DNA of 64,000 nucleotides, taken from NCBI GenBank assembly GCA_964016885.1, contig OZ024741.1, positions 153,450,001 through 153,514,000 of the forward strand. Reading direction: 5' to 3'. The position numbers and the translations under genes were made by a program. Source of the DNA: Eledone cirrhosa. Taxonomy: Eukaryota. Within the stretch, counting starts at the first letter, position 1, and each line of letters opens with the position of its first letter. The notes under the pieces are model-generated. The model made no database searches, had not been told where the DNA came from, and saw nothing but the letters and a program-made list of their open reading frames with translations. Below are positions 1 to 19,289 of this stretch, one piece after another.

Positions 1-734
1 GTTTTAGGAGAAAGTGTGAGTTTGTACATTAGATTAGCAAAATGGCTTTGGTTAAGAGTGGGGTGAGTTTTGAATTATTTAGGGTAGGTGATAAAAGGGG
101 AAGATTTTCAATTACATATATATATCAATGCATTAATATCATTATAATAAGATTTCCATGGACTAAAACATGATGTCTAGGATATAAATTAGGGTTGCAG
201 AAAACGATTGATAAAAAAAATAACATGAAATATTTTCACCTATAAATTAAAATAAAAACTGTTTCATTTTGCATAAATATAGCAAAGAATCTTGAAAGGA
301 AAAAAAATGGAATTTATAGTTCATACCTCTGCAAGTTTAGTTGGCCTCTTTAGGAGTTTCTTAAGTGTTTTAATGATAGGTTCACCAATTTTATCATAAA
401 AAGCAATGTGAAATAAAGCATTTTGCTCAAGAATGCAATATGCCACCAATCAAACCTACAACCTAACCAGTAGGCTATGTGCCTTCAGAGAGGAAGGCTG
501 TGATTAAACACAGACACACAACAGAATACCTTCAGATGAAATATATTCTTCAAGCCAGTGAAGGAGCTTCAGCATGGTTACTCATCCTGCTAAAAATAGC
601 AGTATTTATTTTTTTTTAAACGTAGTCTTAAATAATGTAGTCTTGGATAAACTACATATTATGTCTGAAACAAAAGATGGGATTTTCAGGGTTAGAATGG
701 TCAGGGCTGACTTGGAGCCAAATAACAACAACAA

Positions 735-1040
735 TAAGACCTAATGAACTATCTAACACTCTGAAGGGAAAAAAGAAAGGAGCCAATTGTCCAATCAGAC
801 CAAGGAAACTATATTTCCATTTGTCATTCCAATGTCGGTCACAACTCTCTCTCGGTCACAACTCTGGGAAGAAGAAAGGAGCCAATTGTCAGATCAGACC
901 AAGGAAACTGTTTCCATTCATCTTTCTATTGCTGATTCTATCTGCTAGTCCCAACTCCAAGAAGAAGAAAGGACTTAATTGTTAGATTAGACCAAGGAAA
1001 CAATGTTCTCATTGGTCTTCTCATTGCTGATATTATCTGC
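735..1040. repeat. ~100-bp imperfect tandem repeat, 3 copies
   Basis: The motif gaagaaagga(gcc)aattgt..gat(c/t)agaccaaggaaac recurs near 770, 870 and 960 and explains the repeated KKKGANC..RPRKL in ORF 677-985. Confidence 0.8.
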
Positions 1041-1424
1041 CATGCATAGCTCCTGGCAGAAGTGTCAATGCTTTTCCTCTGACAGGATGCAGGATTTGAA
1101 CTCAGAATTCACAGAACTAGTACTAATACTGTAAAGCATCCTGACCATTATTCTCTTTAGCAATTCCACTAATCCAGTGCCCAAGACTAGTACTTTAGTT
1201 ACCAGCCCTGGAAGGATGACAGACCTAGTTAACCTTCATGAGATTTGAACTAGAGTACAGAGGACCAGAAGAAATATCATAAGGTATTTATCAAATGCTC
1301 TAAAAATTCTGCCAATTTACCAATAGAGAGATGAATTAATAAGCTTAAAGCCATTGTCTATATTTCTAAATACCAACTAATGCTGTATAATGGAGCACTT
1401 AATTATATATTTCTGTGTTTAGTA

Positions 1425-1570
1425 GTGTATCTATCTGTGTATGTGTGTAGTCAGTCTGAGCATGTGCTTGTCTGTTTCTGGGTGTGTATATGTATGTGTG
1501 TCTGTGCATGTGTATATGTGCATATATGTCTCTGCATGTATGTGTATGTGTCTGCCTGTGTATGTGTGTG

Positions 1571-1605
<35 letters not shown>

Positions 1606-1610
1606 ATGTA
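1425..1610. repeat. (TG)n-type microsatellite
   Basis: Read directly from the sequence. Confidence 0.95.
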
Positions 1611-2071
1611 GAAATATGATCTCTAATATAGGAGTTAATACAGTATGGCAAGGAAACAATAAATTTCAGTGGGACTTTTGTTAACAAAATTTTCTTTCCC
1701 TAAATCACTACAAAGCCTTCTAAATATTTCAATTGTTGGTTTAATTAAAGGTAAAAAGAAGGGTTCAGGTAACAGGACCCTTTTGAAAGCCAACTGTTCA
1801 ATATAGGGAGTTATCTATATGATCTGCCAAAATCTATGTAAAGGAAAAAAAATCTGTATCAAAATATCTTAACAAGCTTACAAATACATTGTGATAAACT
1901 TTTAAAAAGCATATCAGGTACACTGCCAACATTCCTGAAGTGCTGTGAAGTGAAGAGAATCATGACTTCAAATTTATTAGGAGGCAATAAAGCAAGTGTG
2001 ATTTACTTTTCTGTTGAAGGAAAAGAGAATAGTTGGGTAATATTTTCTTCTTTAAAACATCCTTCTATCAC

Positions 2072-2331
2072 TTAACCCTTCCATTACCATATCTTTACTA
2101 ATATATTCTCCCTATGGTTTTGAATAAATTTTTATAATATTTAGAATTTGGAGGGACTTCAAAGGATAACTTTCTTATTATCAAACCAGTGTTTGTAACA
2201 TAACTTAAGAAAAAGGTTCTAACACAATCTTATAGTGGAAGATTTAAATTTAAATATAAGTAATTTAGAACAAAGGTTTTGCATACCAGAACCAAAGTCA
2301 GTTCTAGGGGAGTTGGTAACAAAAGGGTTAA
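2072..2331. mobile_element. ~260-bp MITE with TTAA ends (piggyBac-like non-autonomous element, 'family C')
   Basis: It has the ends ttaaccctt...aaagggttaa. Diverged copies lie at about 6480-6720, 7180-7420, 18700-18940, 19078-19230, 21290-21715, 45532-45764, 46362-46617, 48569-48750, 56580-56818 and 57260-57735. Confidence 0.7.
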
Positions 2332-2467
2332 ATTCTGCTAGGCTTTCATTTCCTTTTCGTGCATAAAAACTGAAAGGAAGGAAATCTGTAATTTTTTATA
2401 TCCTAATCATATTAGGTGATACAGTAAAACACTGCTTACATAGTGTATAAATATTATATATTGGACA

Positions 2468-2523
2468 GGGGATGTAGCTCAGTGATAGAGCATTTGCTTC
2501 ACATGCAATCCCAAGTATCTCCA
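2468..2523 (+). pseudogene. tRNA-Ala-derived pseudogene with internal deletion
   Basis: ggggatgtagctcagtgatagagc...gcttcacatgc...tcccaagtatctcca matches the metazoan tRNA-Ala acceptor stem, D arm and anticodon arm, with CpG-decay-type changes. The variable arm and the 5' half of the T arm (B box) are missing. Confidence 0.7.
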
Positions 2524-3248
2524 GAAAACATTTATCTAACCCATGACAACGTGGAAAATGGATATAAAATAGTGATGATGATGATGTTGATATGATCATC
2601 ATCATCATCAAGGCAGTCATTAGATCATCAGATAAAATGCTTTGCATTATTCAATCTGGCTCTTTGTGCTCTGACTTCAAATCTCACTGAGTTAATTTTG
2701 CCTTTCACCCTTTTGAGGTCAATTAAAATGTACCCATTCAGTACAGGGATTGATTCTTCCTCTATATCTTTTTCTGACTTCTTTTCCTTTTCTCCTTCAT
2801 TGGAAGAAACTGGTTGTGTTCAGACTTGGTCAGGAGATTGGCACTGCTAGGCTAAAAAAATGCCCAAGACATGCTGTATGACCTTACTGCACCTCTACAA
2901 CTCTATCAGGAGTTCTGGGTCTACACATACATGATCATCATCATTTAATGTATACTTTTTCCTGCGAGTATCAGGTTATGTAATCCATTCACAGTAAAGG
3001 CCTTGCATAACTTTTCTTCTTATTCAATTTTTATCATTAATCCAAAATATTACATTTAACTTTTAACATGCCACATGAAATAACCTTAGCAAGACATTCT
3101 TGAAAAATACAAAACAGCACTATGACAACATCATATTAAAAACTAGTCTTTATTTTGATGCTGCAATTGTTCACAACAATCTGTCCACTAGTAAATATTT
3201 GGATTAACAAAACCATTTTTAGTTATTTTTTGCTAAATTTTATATCAT

Positions 3249-3464
3249 TTAACCCTTTAGCATTTACATTACTCTATATTTACTATTGTATTTTCACGGT
3301 AAAGGCTTTATCTCACATAATAACAAATCTACGAGATTTTGATGTCATTTATTTTGAGAACAATACCTTAACATTAGTATGAGTGGCCAGTTACAGCCGA
3401 TTTGAACAGAAAGAGGTGAGAGCGTTCTGGCCAGATATGGCCGATTTAAATGCTAATGGGTTAA
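3249..3464. mobile_element. MITE with TTAA-flanked terminal inverted repeats (piggyBac-like)
   Basis: The ends are ttaaccctttagcattta ... taaatgctaatgggttaa, a TIR with one mismatch. Confidence 0.75.
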
Positions 3465-4174
3465 GCATACTAAAATAATGATGAATGAATGAATGAGTTC
3501 AAAATTGAAATAACCCTTGCTAAAAAAAAAAAAATTAAATTGCTAAATTATTAAAGGATCAAAAAGAACAATGAAAGCTAAATCTATCCCAGTAAGATTC
3601 AAATTTAGATGTGAATTGTCAAGTATCCTTTTAAGAATTGTGTCAGTTTTTCTACAAGTTTCTCTCAATGTAGTAATCAGTAATGCTGCCTAGTGATATT
3701 GCATTCCATCAACATTGAGCAGCAATACCATAGGGACACTAGCATTCAACTATATGCCATGTTCTTCAGTGTATAACTCATTGAATGAATCATTACCATG
3801 ACCTATGATATTATATGTAAAACTATGTATTCCATTGTCTCATTGTACACTCCAATAGCATACGGTCAGCTGTTTGGTTTATGGCAAAAGGCTATGCAGT
3901 AAAAAAATTCATCTGGTGAAAAGTAGACGAACTAATGGAAATGAAATGATTTTGTTGATTTCTAAGTTTGCAAAACTAAATTATAAATGCACTGTTCTTT
4001 CCTTTGCTATTAGTCCAATGCTGAAATACATCTCTCATAATAGAATATGGAAGTTAAGAGGTTAAAATGTTGGATATAAGCCACTGATTCAAACCTTTCT
4101 TTAATTTATTCACTTCTGTTTATTTTAATTGAAAAATATTCATTGATTTTCTTCAGTGTTAAGAAGACCATCTA

Positions 4175-4360
4175 ACTGGAAATTCTTGCTCTGATGACTG
4201 AAATTCTTGGTCTGAGGACTGAAAATTCTTGGTCTGAGGACTGAAAATTCTTGGTTTGATGACTGAAAATTCTTGGTCTGATGACTGAAAATTCTTGGTC
4301 TGATGACTGGAAATTCTTGGTCTGATGACTGAAAATTCTTGCTCTGAGGTCTCTGAAAAT
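4175..4360. repeat. 22-bp minisatellite, ~8 copies (gactgaaaattcttggtctgat)
   Basis: Direct tandem copies with few substitutions. Confidence 0.92.
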
Positions 4361-5375
4361 GTCCAAAGGTTCTAATTGATCCTAGCATCTGCATTGTTGA
4401 TGACTTCTAAGTTTCCTCAACACAAAATGAAATACATGAAGAGTTCTGTTGAAACATGAACTGAAAACAATTTAATTTTATGGGTTATAACAACATCAAA
4501 GAAAAGTTGAGTTAAGTTTCAAATAAATGGAATTCGTGTCAGGCAACAGCTATTGTTGATTAACCTAAGGGAATGTAACAGGGTAGAAATCACACCTTCA
4601 CTAAAGTGTTTTGTTCTTAGTACCAACAAATATAAACTTAAGTAACTACTATCTACACAAGATCAAAATTCGATACCATAGGTTCAAACTCCCATCCTAA
4701 CTCATCTCTTTCCAAAAAAAGTAGACTTGTAGTTTAAGAAAAGCATCAACAGAATCAATCTCTCCAGTTACAGAAAGTCTGTGGAGACTATGGGATTTTA
4801 CTCCCTCCTCCAGACCTATCAAATAAAAAAAGAAAAGGAAGAAGTACATAGTTCAAGAGAGCTTCTCTTACTGAAAGGATGGGTGAGTTTGAGATTGGTG
4901 TATTTATTACAAAAGCCATTACTTCCAATCGAGTACAAATTGGTAACATGTACCATGCTTTCACTAAAGGTTTTAGGTACCCATGTAATTGCAAGCAGAC
5001 ACCTTCCTGATCCTCCTTCCTTTGATCTAGTGGAACATTGAGGATGTAACAGCTGGAAAGAGGGAGGGTTACACCAGCACTAAGTTGCTATTTTATTTTT
5101 CTACCCCCAAACAATGAAAAGCAAAGTGGACCAAATTTGAACTCAGATCTGGAACAAATATCAAATGCTGTCACATCAACTACTTTGAAGAAATAGAGGT
5201 TATGAAAGGTGAAGAAATAGAGGTTAATATTAAACAAGACAATGGTATGTTCCAGTGTGACAGTCCTTGGACATGCAAGGGTGGATTGTATCGGAGCCTC
5301 TGAGGTAAATTTTCCAAGATGGAATACTACTGCTTTTAGGATTTTAGGCCTCAAAGTTAGAGCAAGAGCTCTTTT

Positions 5376-6070
5376 CTAAATTTCTTCTGTGGCCTTCAGC
5401 AGATTGTTTCTCAGGAACTCCCACTGTTCCTCTTCATTGTAAGTCTGTATTTCTTGTTCCTTATTGTCAAAGGCATCAAACAAAATACCACTAAATTTCT
5501 TGGCTGAGGACTCCCTCAATTTCCATGTCCTTCTCCTCCAAGATGCCCTCTGTTTCCAGATTTGTCTAGCCTTAACTTTCTCCTGCTCATTTTCCACATT
5601 CATTAGCATTTCAAAGTAGCATTTCCAGGTTTCTTTCTTTTGAGCATCAGTGATGTGCACTGGTTTCATTTCAAATGCATTTGTCCCAACAACAACCTGA
5701 TTTATTCTGACAAACTGCTTTGTGATGCAGAAGACCTCATATTTCTGATTCTCTTGTCATAGGACATTGGCAAAACAACCTTCTTTCAATCTCTTTGCAT
5801 GCTATATATATTTGCCATCTAGCTTTTCTTTTAGTTACTTGCTACTGAACTTTGCTGCCCCTATTTTTTCAGTCTTTCACCACCCAGTCACCCTCTGTGT
5901 GGTTGGTGCATTGCTCCAACTGCAAGTCATGTCAGTAACCTGTAGTAGGTTGTCTGCTATGTCATATGCATCTAACCCCTTTTCTGTTTCATCATATGCA
6001 TCATGTTAGGCTTTTCTGAATGTGTATTTAACAGAAAGGTCCTTTAGTTTCCATACTCTTCGTTAATCTG
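5376..6070 (-). mobile_element. Degenerate RTE LINE ORF fragments (endonuclease-RT linker)
   Basis: The peptides RTWKLRE..FSGILFDAFDNKE...EQWEFLRNNLLKATEEI and ITDAQKKETWKCYFEMLMNVENE are homologous to the RTE pieces at 32780-32945 and 8900-9000. Confidence 0.75.
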
Positions 6071-7759
6071 TTCACTAATAAAGACACTATAAACATTTGA
6101 ATTAATAAACCACACAAAACTACATTAGCAAGGCATTTCTGAAAAGTACAAAACTGCACTATGACTGTATCACATTATTTATTTATTTATTTATTCAATT
6201 TAAACGTCCGTATAGAGCTAGTAAGCCATGTCAGACTAGAGGAAGTATCGACTACTCCTTACAGTTGATAATCAAAAAGAGCAAGTGAGACAAGTAATAA
6301 AAAAGAAAAAAGAAGAAAAAAAAAAGAAAAATATTAAAATCTTTACACTATATATAGCAAATTTTCACAAATATTTGTCTACCAGTAAACATACTATAAA
6401 CATTTGAAATAACAAATCATTACAGGATGTTAAGAGTTAAGATTGCAAGAGGTTCTTGGCTGAAATTTTCATTGGCAATCTTTAATCTTTTTGATACCAA
6501 ACAACTAAAACTACCCCTAGTTCCATACTAAAATTTGTTTATTTTAAAGTCTTTATATTTATTTAAAACCCTTGCATAATAATTTTATGTAAGAACATTT
6601 GTTAGGTTATGTTCCAAACATCAACTTAATAATGAAAAAGTTATTTTACTAAATCCCTCCAAATGTTTTATTAGTGTTTTTCATCAGAAATATGGTAACA
6701 AAAATATTAAATATTGTGGGCACTCAGGTTACAGCTCAAACAGACCCACCTGTAATCTATAATCCACCACTGCTGAGATTCCTTTTTCTTTCTCTATCTG
6801 TAAACCTTGTAATGATTGACTGGTATTACTCATTCTAGATGAACAAAGTGTAAGTTAATTCAACCAGATTTTGAACACAGAAACTAGATATTGAAAAGTA
6901 TCTAAGTTGACATTGAACTAGTTTTGGTGTAACAATCGTTCAAATTTAGGACAAATATTCAATCTATGACTCAAAAGTTTTTCTCTTGCTTTTACTTTGA
7001 ATATCATTGTTAACTTGATCAGCAAAAATGTGTTAAGTATATTTCACAGGAGAATGTGTTGGAAAGACTTCATTAGTGTTGGTGGTGTTACAATACTGGA
7101 ACAACTATGAAATTAACATTTCTGGATTACTAAGTTAAAGTGAATGTTTCATATGTTCAAATTCACATGCAATAGTCTTAACTCTTTTTATACTAACCCA
7201 ATTCAAACTGTTTTGGGTTCTATGATACAAAGTCAGCCGTTATAAAAAGTTCAAATTTATATTAAAACTTTCTATCATAATTTTATGTAAGAACTTATCT
7301 CATGTAATGCTCAAAACACCAGCTTAATAATGACAAAGTTTGTTATTTTGTTAAATCCTTCCCACTTGTTGATTATTTTCAAAATTATTTGAAATATTAG
7401 AAATATGACAGTGGAAGAGTAAAATACAAGGCAACATTTGAATGTTCCAAATAGTGTTCAATAACATCAGCTAGATGCAGAAAGTGACCAACAAGCAACT
7501 TTATAACATTCCCACCTTGACAGTTGACCAATAAGATAGTAGAGAGACAACTTTAGTTTACCACCAGGGAATGCCTGCAATACTGACAGTTTCCCACCAG
7601 CCAGTCATTGTCTGGAATCTGACTCATTGAAGGGTGGCCCATGGTTAAGAATCTCAGTGGAATTAAACCTGAAACTATGTGATTGCAACATATGTTTGCA
7701 GCTATGATATTGATTTCTAATTTAGGCACACAGCAAGTAAAATTTTAGGGAAGGGCAAA

Positions 7760-7920
7760 GTTAATTAAATCAACCCTAGTAATTGACTGGTACTTTATTT
7801 TATTGACCCAGAAGGATGAAAGATAAAATTGACCTTGGCAAAATTTGAACTTAGAATATAAAGAGCCAGAACAAATACCACAATGGTATCTTATGCAACG
7901 CTCTGCCAATCTGCCACCCT
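7760..7920 (-). mobile_element. Old tRNA-related SINE, second family
   Basis: It shares the core tctgagttcaaatt...aggtcaactttgcctttcatcc...aaataaagtaccagt with copies near 1085-1320 (-), 2640-2750 (+), 46140-46330 (+) and 54170-54370 (+). Confidence 0.55.
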
Positions 7921-8689
7921 TGCCTGCACCTACAATATTGAGTGCAAATCAGTCTGAAGGAACCCATCCTGCCTATGCAAAACACCTGCAGCATGTCAAT
8001 GAAACACTCATCAATTACACTGTGCTCCTGCTGCTTACAATGGTGAGATGTGTCATCTGTAGTGTCTATTTACAGCCAGGTGGACTGGGCTAATTGAGGG
8101 TTGAATGTGTTGATTATTAACACCAAGCTGTGCTGCTGACACAAGATGATCCATTGACCTGTCAGCTGGCACCTTAATGACTCACCACCTTCTAAATAAA
8201 TTACATAACCCCTCCACCACCATCACTACTTCAACCACCAGCAGCATTACTACCACCACCATTAATACCACTGCTGCTTCCACCACCATTAATACCACTG
8301 CTGCTTCCACCACCACCATCACCATTCTGGCTATAAAGCTATACAAGATGACAGTCTCTATGTATTAGAGAAAGTTATTAAATTCTAGAGAAATGAATTT
8401 TACTTACTATTTATTAATTTAATAATTTATTAATTTGTCCCCAGATAGATTCAATTTTGTGTTGTTTGTCATTGTGTCCACCAGTGTCCCTGCCATTCAA
8501 CTGTCATTTTCTTCATCCAAATCAGGATGATGGTGTCATACCTGAGAAAAGAGCCCTGTGAGGCAACATTTTTACCATCTTGTGCCTATTATATAATCCA
8601 TGGCCTATAAGAAAGGTCTAGGAATCAGCTGTTACATAGGTTCAGAACATGGAAAGCTAGTAAATATCTGATGTCCCTCCTAAAAAAAA

Positions 8690-10620
8690 CCCTCCAGGGA
8701 GAAGAATGACAATTAAGGCCAAGAAATAGGCATGGAAAGAATGGCAGAATGGAGGAAGCAAAGAACATTACAAAGAAGCTAGGCAACAAGTATACTTTGC
8801 AAAAGAAGAAACAAGAAAAAATGTATGAATGTTTTGCGATGTGAGGACCAAAGATGTGAGGTGTTCAGGATTGTGAGGCAGTGAGTCGTGTTGTTGGGGA
8901 GCAGTGTGTCCAAAATGATAATGGTGCACATGCCCTCACCAACACTGAAATAAAAGTAACATGGAAGTGGCATTATGAGAGACTAATGAATGAGGAGAAT
9001 GCATCGGAGGAAGATAGTCTGCCCAAGTGGACCCAACAGAGGAACCAATCATATAATCCAGCAGCAGTGTAGTAAGTAAGGCAATTAAGAATATGAAGAC
9101 AAGCAAACCAGCTGAAACATTGGGGATAGTTGCCGAGATGCTGAAAGTATTTGGGATGGTAGGGCACATCTTAATCACTTGTATCAAAAACCAAGTAATA
9201 AAGAATGGTGTCATACCCAATGACTGGCATAGCATCAGCAACTGCTACAAGGGCAAAGGAGATGCAGTAGACAGAAGAAATTATAGAGGTATCAAATTGA
9301 TGCACCAAGTCATGAAAGTTACAGAAAGAGTTATTGCACAGCTAATTGGGGACCAAATTAACCTAAATGAGATGCAGTTTGGATTTGTACCACTGATGCC
9401 ATCTTCTTTGTGAGACAACTGCAGAAGTTACTCTACTTTGTATTTGTTGACATGAAGAAAGCATTTAATAGAATTTCTTGTTCCATAATCTAGTGAACTC
9501 TTAAGAAACTTGTGTGACTTGTGAAGGTATTACAAGCCATGTACAGAGGAGCAGTCAGCAAGGTTAGAATTAACAATGATTGTAGTAAGGTGTTTAGCAT
9601 GCAAGTGGGGGTCTACCAGGGCTCTGTTCTTAGCCCTTTCTTGTTTATTATCATCCTCCAGGCCATAACAGAAGAGTTTAAAGCTGCCTTCCCTATATGC
9701 AGATGATGAAGCCCTCATAGCCAAATTTATGGCAGAATTAGAGAAGAAATTCCAGATCTGGAAGCATAACATGGAATCAAACGATCTTAAAGTCAAATTG
9801 GCAAAGACTTCTACTTAGTAAGTAGAAAGGAAAACAAGGCCCTGATCCTTTCAGGGAAATTGCTTTGCTCAGTGTGTAGGAAAGGAGTGGGTAGAAATTC
9901 CATCCTATGTGTCAATTATAAACTATGGTTACACAAGAGTTGTAATTGGATTTCAGGCAGGTTAGCAAAGAGTTAGATTTTAAAAGTGGTCAATGCACAG
10001 AAGCAGTAAGCAGCATGAGCTCACAGGAAACAAGCTCTATCAAATACTAAGAGGGCTCCATAGAAGTAGTTGACAGCTTCTGTTACCTGGGTGACCAAAT
10101 TAGCAGTGAAGATGAGTGTTCTGAAAGTACAGTAGCCAGAGTGAGAACCTGTTGGAAAAAGTTCAGGGAGCTACTACCACTGCTGGCTACAAAAGGTTTT
10201 TCTCTCAAAATGAAAGGCAGATTGTATGATGATTGTATAACAGCAATGCTGCATTGAAGTGAGACATGGGCACTGTGTGCAGAAGACCTACGAAGATTGG
10301 AAAAAAAATGAAGCTTGCATGCTCTGATGTATGTGTGAACAGTGAAGCATCAATGAACAGAGAGAAAGTGGGCATACGAGGGGTTAAATGCAGTGTGCAG
10401 GAGAGGAGATTATGGTGGCATGGACATGTGATGCATATGGAGGATGACAGTTGTATAAAAAGGTGCAGAGCACTTGAAATTGAAGGCAACTATGGAAGAG
10501 GAAGACCTAGGAAAGTTTGGGATGAAGTGATAAAAGCTGACCTTGCATAATTAAACCTCTCAAAGGCGATGACACGGGATCAAGATCTCTGGTAATATGC
10601 TGTATTGCAGAAGACCTGCC
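8690..10620 (+). mobile_element. Degenerate RTE-clade LINE (RT through C-terminus; frameshifts and stops)
   Basis: It shows CYKGKGDA..RNYRGIKLM, EMQFGFVP, GVYQGSVLSPFLF, a tatgcagatgat (YADD) motif, a Cys-rich segment, and RRLWWHGHVMHM..GRGRPRKVWDEVIK. Confidence 0.92.
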
Positions 10621-10849
10621 TTCTGGTTTACACAGGATGAAGGAAACATCTAGAGGACTCAAGTCTACACCAATCTTCTTCCTCCCCCACCTATAAACCT
10701 GCCTACATCTTAATATTCACCAGCTAAGTATCCCACCTTAGACCTCCCTCACCCCCCCCCCCCCATTTCCATCCTGCATACTAGTTTCCTGTAGATGGTT
10801 GTGCTGTTACCATGATGAAAAAGCACCTGCTCCACCCTGTCAGATGGTC

Positions 10850-16450
<5,601 letters not shown>

Positions 16451-16689
16451 AAAGCAGCGATTCTTTGCTTAAACTTTAATCTGTTATTTTAATAAATATA
16501 TATATATATATATATAAAATATTAAAAAAATAATGAATAAAACAATGAAACAGTTCCTTATATTAAACAAAATATATATATATTCGAGACTATAAATTTA
16601 CTAATCCTTCACTCACAACTTACATGTAAAATATTCATCCTGGTCTACTTTTACATGCTTTAAGTAGTGAATTATGCTTATATATTGGA

Positions 16690-16950
16690 AGTAGCTGTCG
16701 AAACAACAAGAGCTCAGCCGTCGGGCCCCGACTCTTTCTAATATAGTCACACGCTACTATACCAAGTATCGAGTGCTCTGTTGAACAATGGTCTAACTAG
16801 TTTAATAATGGTTTTATACTGATATCATCAGGAATGCGCATTCCTGATGATTTCATACGAATGAAACAGTTCTAGTCCTGTATAAGGCATTTCTATATTA
16901 AATAAATGTTTACAATCTACTAATATATTGAGTACCGATTTCACTCGGAA
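16690..16950 (+). mobile_element. Penelope-like terminal-repeat fragments with degenerate hammerhead motifs, between (TA)n tracts
   Basis: gtcgaaac..gagctcagccgtcggg is homologous to 24937-24966. A 28-bp palindrome is followed by ctgatga...gaaacag...ctgta. Confidence 0.55.
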
Positions 16951-16966
16951 TCTATACACACACACA

Positions 16967-17007
<41 letters not shown>

Positions 17008-19289
17008 TGAGTAGTTTCAAAGATTAGTGAAGATTACTGCTCATGCTATATCTAATAATGGTGAGTACGTGTCTTTGTCAACAACAACAAAAAGACTATG
17101 AAACTGCTAGCTTGTTGAATGTCCAACTAATACCACGTATTAATATATATATGTGTGTGTATGTATGTATAATGTTTTAAGACTAGTTTTCATGTCAACG
17201 TTAACGTTAGTCATTTGGAAGTGATGCTACATGGAAAGAATTAGCTTTCTTCTGCAAGTGCCATGGCTACTCTGAATTGAATACTTGCTCATTTTTTAAA
17301 ATCAGAAGCTCTATTTTATTTAAATAACTAAATTCGCTGTTCAGATGTTCTTTAAAATGCCTATATTTATCTTTTTAATGACTTGGCCTTCTCATATAAA
17401 TTTTATTTTTAACAAGGACTTGTGTTAACTTGATGCTTTTTTCATCTTCAATAGGCAACCTTGTTCTTTCTGATAAGGTGGCCTTTCACAAGTGAAACAT
17501 TGTATGCCTTGTAAATATATAATATTATCTATGTGTGTTTGTGAATATACCATTTATTGGTGTATGTGTAAGAGTATTTACCACACATTCATTTTTGACA
17601 GTTTATTCCTCATCTATGCTCCTAATTTCTGTCTATGAATTAGAAATTTTGCTGTAATCATTAAAAAGAAACCTTTTCTTTTTTTTCAACTGTACATTTT
17701 TTTTTATTTTCCATTTGTTTTGTTGTATTAAGAGGGGTTACCATGACCATAAATGTTGATTCTAAACATTGGTTGGTTTATTGGTTCCATGTTAACTTTA
17801 TTATTGACTGATTCTAATGTATTACTCTTGGATATTTTCTAAGTTTATCCTATTTTCAATTGTTATTTTATGATGTAAAACTAAAAACTGTAATGTAACT
17901 TTGATCTTTAAGTTTTTTTTATTATTATTCGTAATGCAATTTAAATTCAATGGTCGGTCAACACATCTAGAAAGTAACTTCAATCTAATCTGATGTCAGA
18001 GTTGATCTTGGGTTAAGTCTTCTTGACACATACATACTTTTTTGGTCATTAAAAAAGCTTTTAGTAATGTCAGCAAAAGTTATTTGATGTTCATTGTTAA
18101 ACTTTCCATGCTAAATTTTAAATAATATGTCATGTAGTATATTAGAAGGCATGATATACAATTTAGCAAGTTCTCAACAACTTCACAGATCTCAATGAAG
18201 GTCAGCAGTCTCCTGTACAATTTCCCATTTCATACTCTTCATGTTGCCCTATCTTTTAATGACTGTCTTAAACATAAAAGTTTTTCATATTCTACTGTTC
18301 AGAAATATAGTTTATCAATAGTGTATGTTCACTAGACTATAGTATTGGACAATACAATATTGATTAAATATTACAAATAAATCAATATTAATGATAGTGG
18401 TGGTCTTGATCTTCCCCATTTCTGTTTAAATAATGCTACTAAGCCTAACAGGTTTTAGTTTTGTTCTGTTTTTCCTCTTAATTTTATCGTTTATGCAGCT
18501 GATACCCAGTCGACAAAGCTTATTTATTCTCTTAATGACGGTCACTTAATAGATTTTCTAAAGCAGGTTTTAGTGTCTCTCATCTAAGTTTCTTAGACTA
18601 GTTCTGCAATTAACATATATTTAATTGAAAATGATTATCTTTATTAGTGTAGCACTAGGTATCCTATGTAGGCACGAGATGTTGGTCCAGTATACCTTCT
18701 TTACTCTTCTTTTGTTACCATATTTCTTATGAAAAGCTTTACCTATGTGTTTTAATTTATTTTGAAAATAGACAACAATCTGAGGGATTTAGTAACTTTT
18801 CTCATTAAGTTGGTGTTTGATACTTAATTTAAAAGGTTTTTTAATAATATTATAATGGAAGGCTTAAATTTAGATATAAACACTTTAAAATAAACTATTT
18901 TATCACAGAGTCAGGGGAAGTTTAGTATCAGAAGGGTTAAATTAGGAACATATTTACAGAACAGATACTTACCGATGTCTCCTTATTGAGAGATGAGAAC
19001 TTAGCATTCATTGACAAAACTATTTCCATTTTCGAATGTAAATCAATTGCTTGTTTAGAACACTATTTTTCAAATGTTTAACCCTTTTCATATCTATTTC
19101 TAATGAACACAGTCTATATTTTTTTTAAAGCATTTTAAATGTAAAGAATTTGGGTGATTTAGTAATATGAATTTCTTAATTTATTAAACTGGTGTTTGAA
19201 ACATAAATTAACAAAGGTTCTTCTATAAAATTATAATGATTGCAGAACAAGGGTAAAGGAAGAAAATGTAAATTTTGATTCAGTAAGTA

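Noticed and set aside
677-985. 102-aa ORF with repeated KKKGANC motif
   Set aside because: It is explained by a 3-copy ~100-bp tandem repeat and has no recognisable domain.
4175-4360. Tandem CUGAUGA-cu-GAAA words as a hammerhead array or CRISPR-like array
   Set aside because: There is no stem I complementarity or real stem II, and the units are contiguous with no unique spacers. It is a minisatellite.
8177-8368. Thr-rich mucin-like ORF
   Set aside because: It is an imperfect (ACC)n repeat with a 27-bp duplication.
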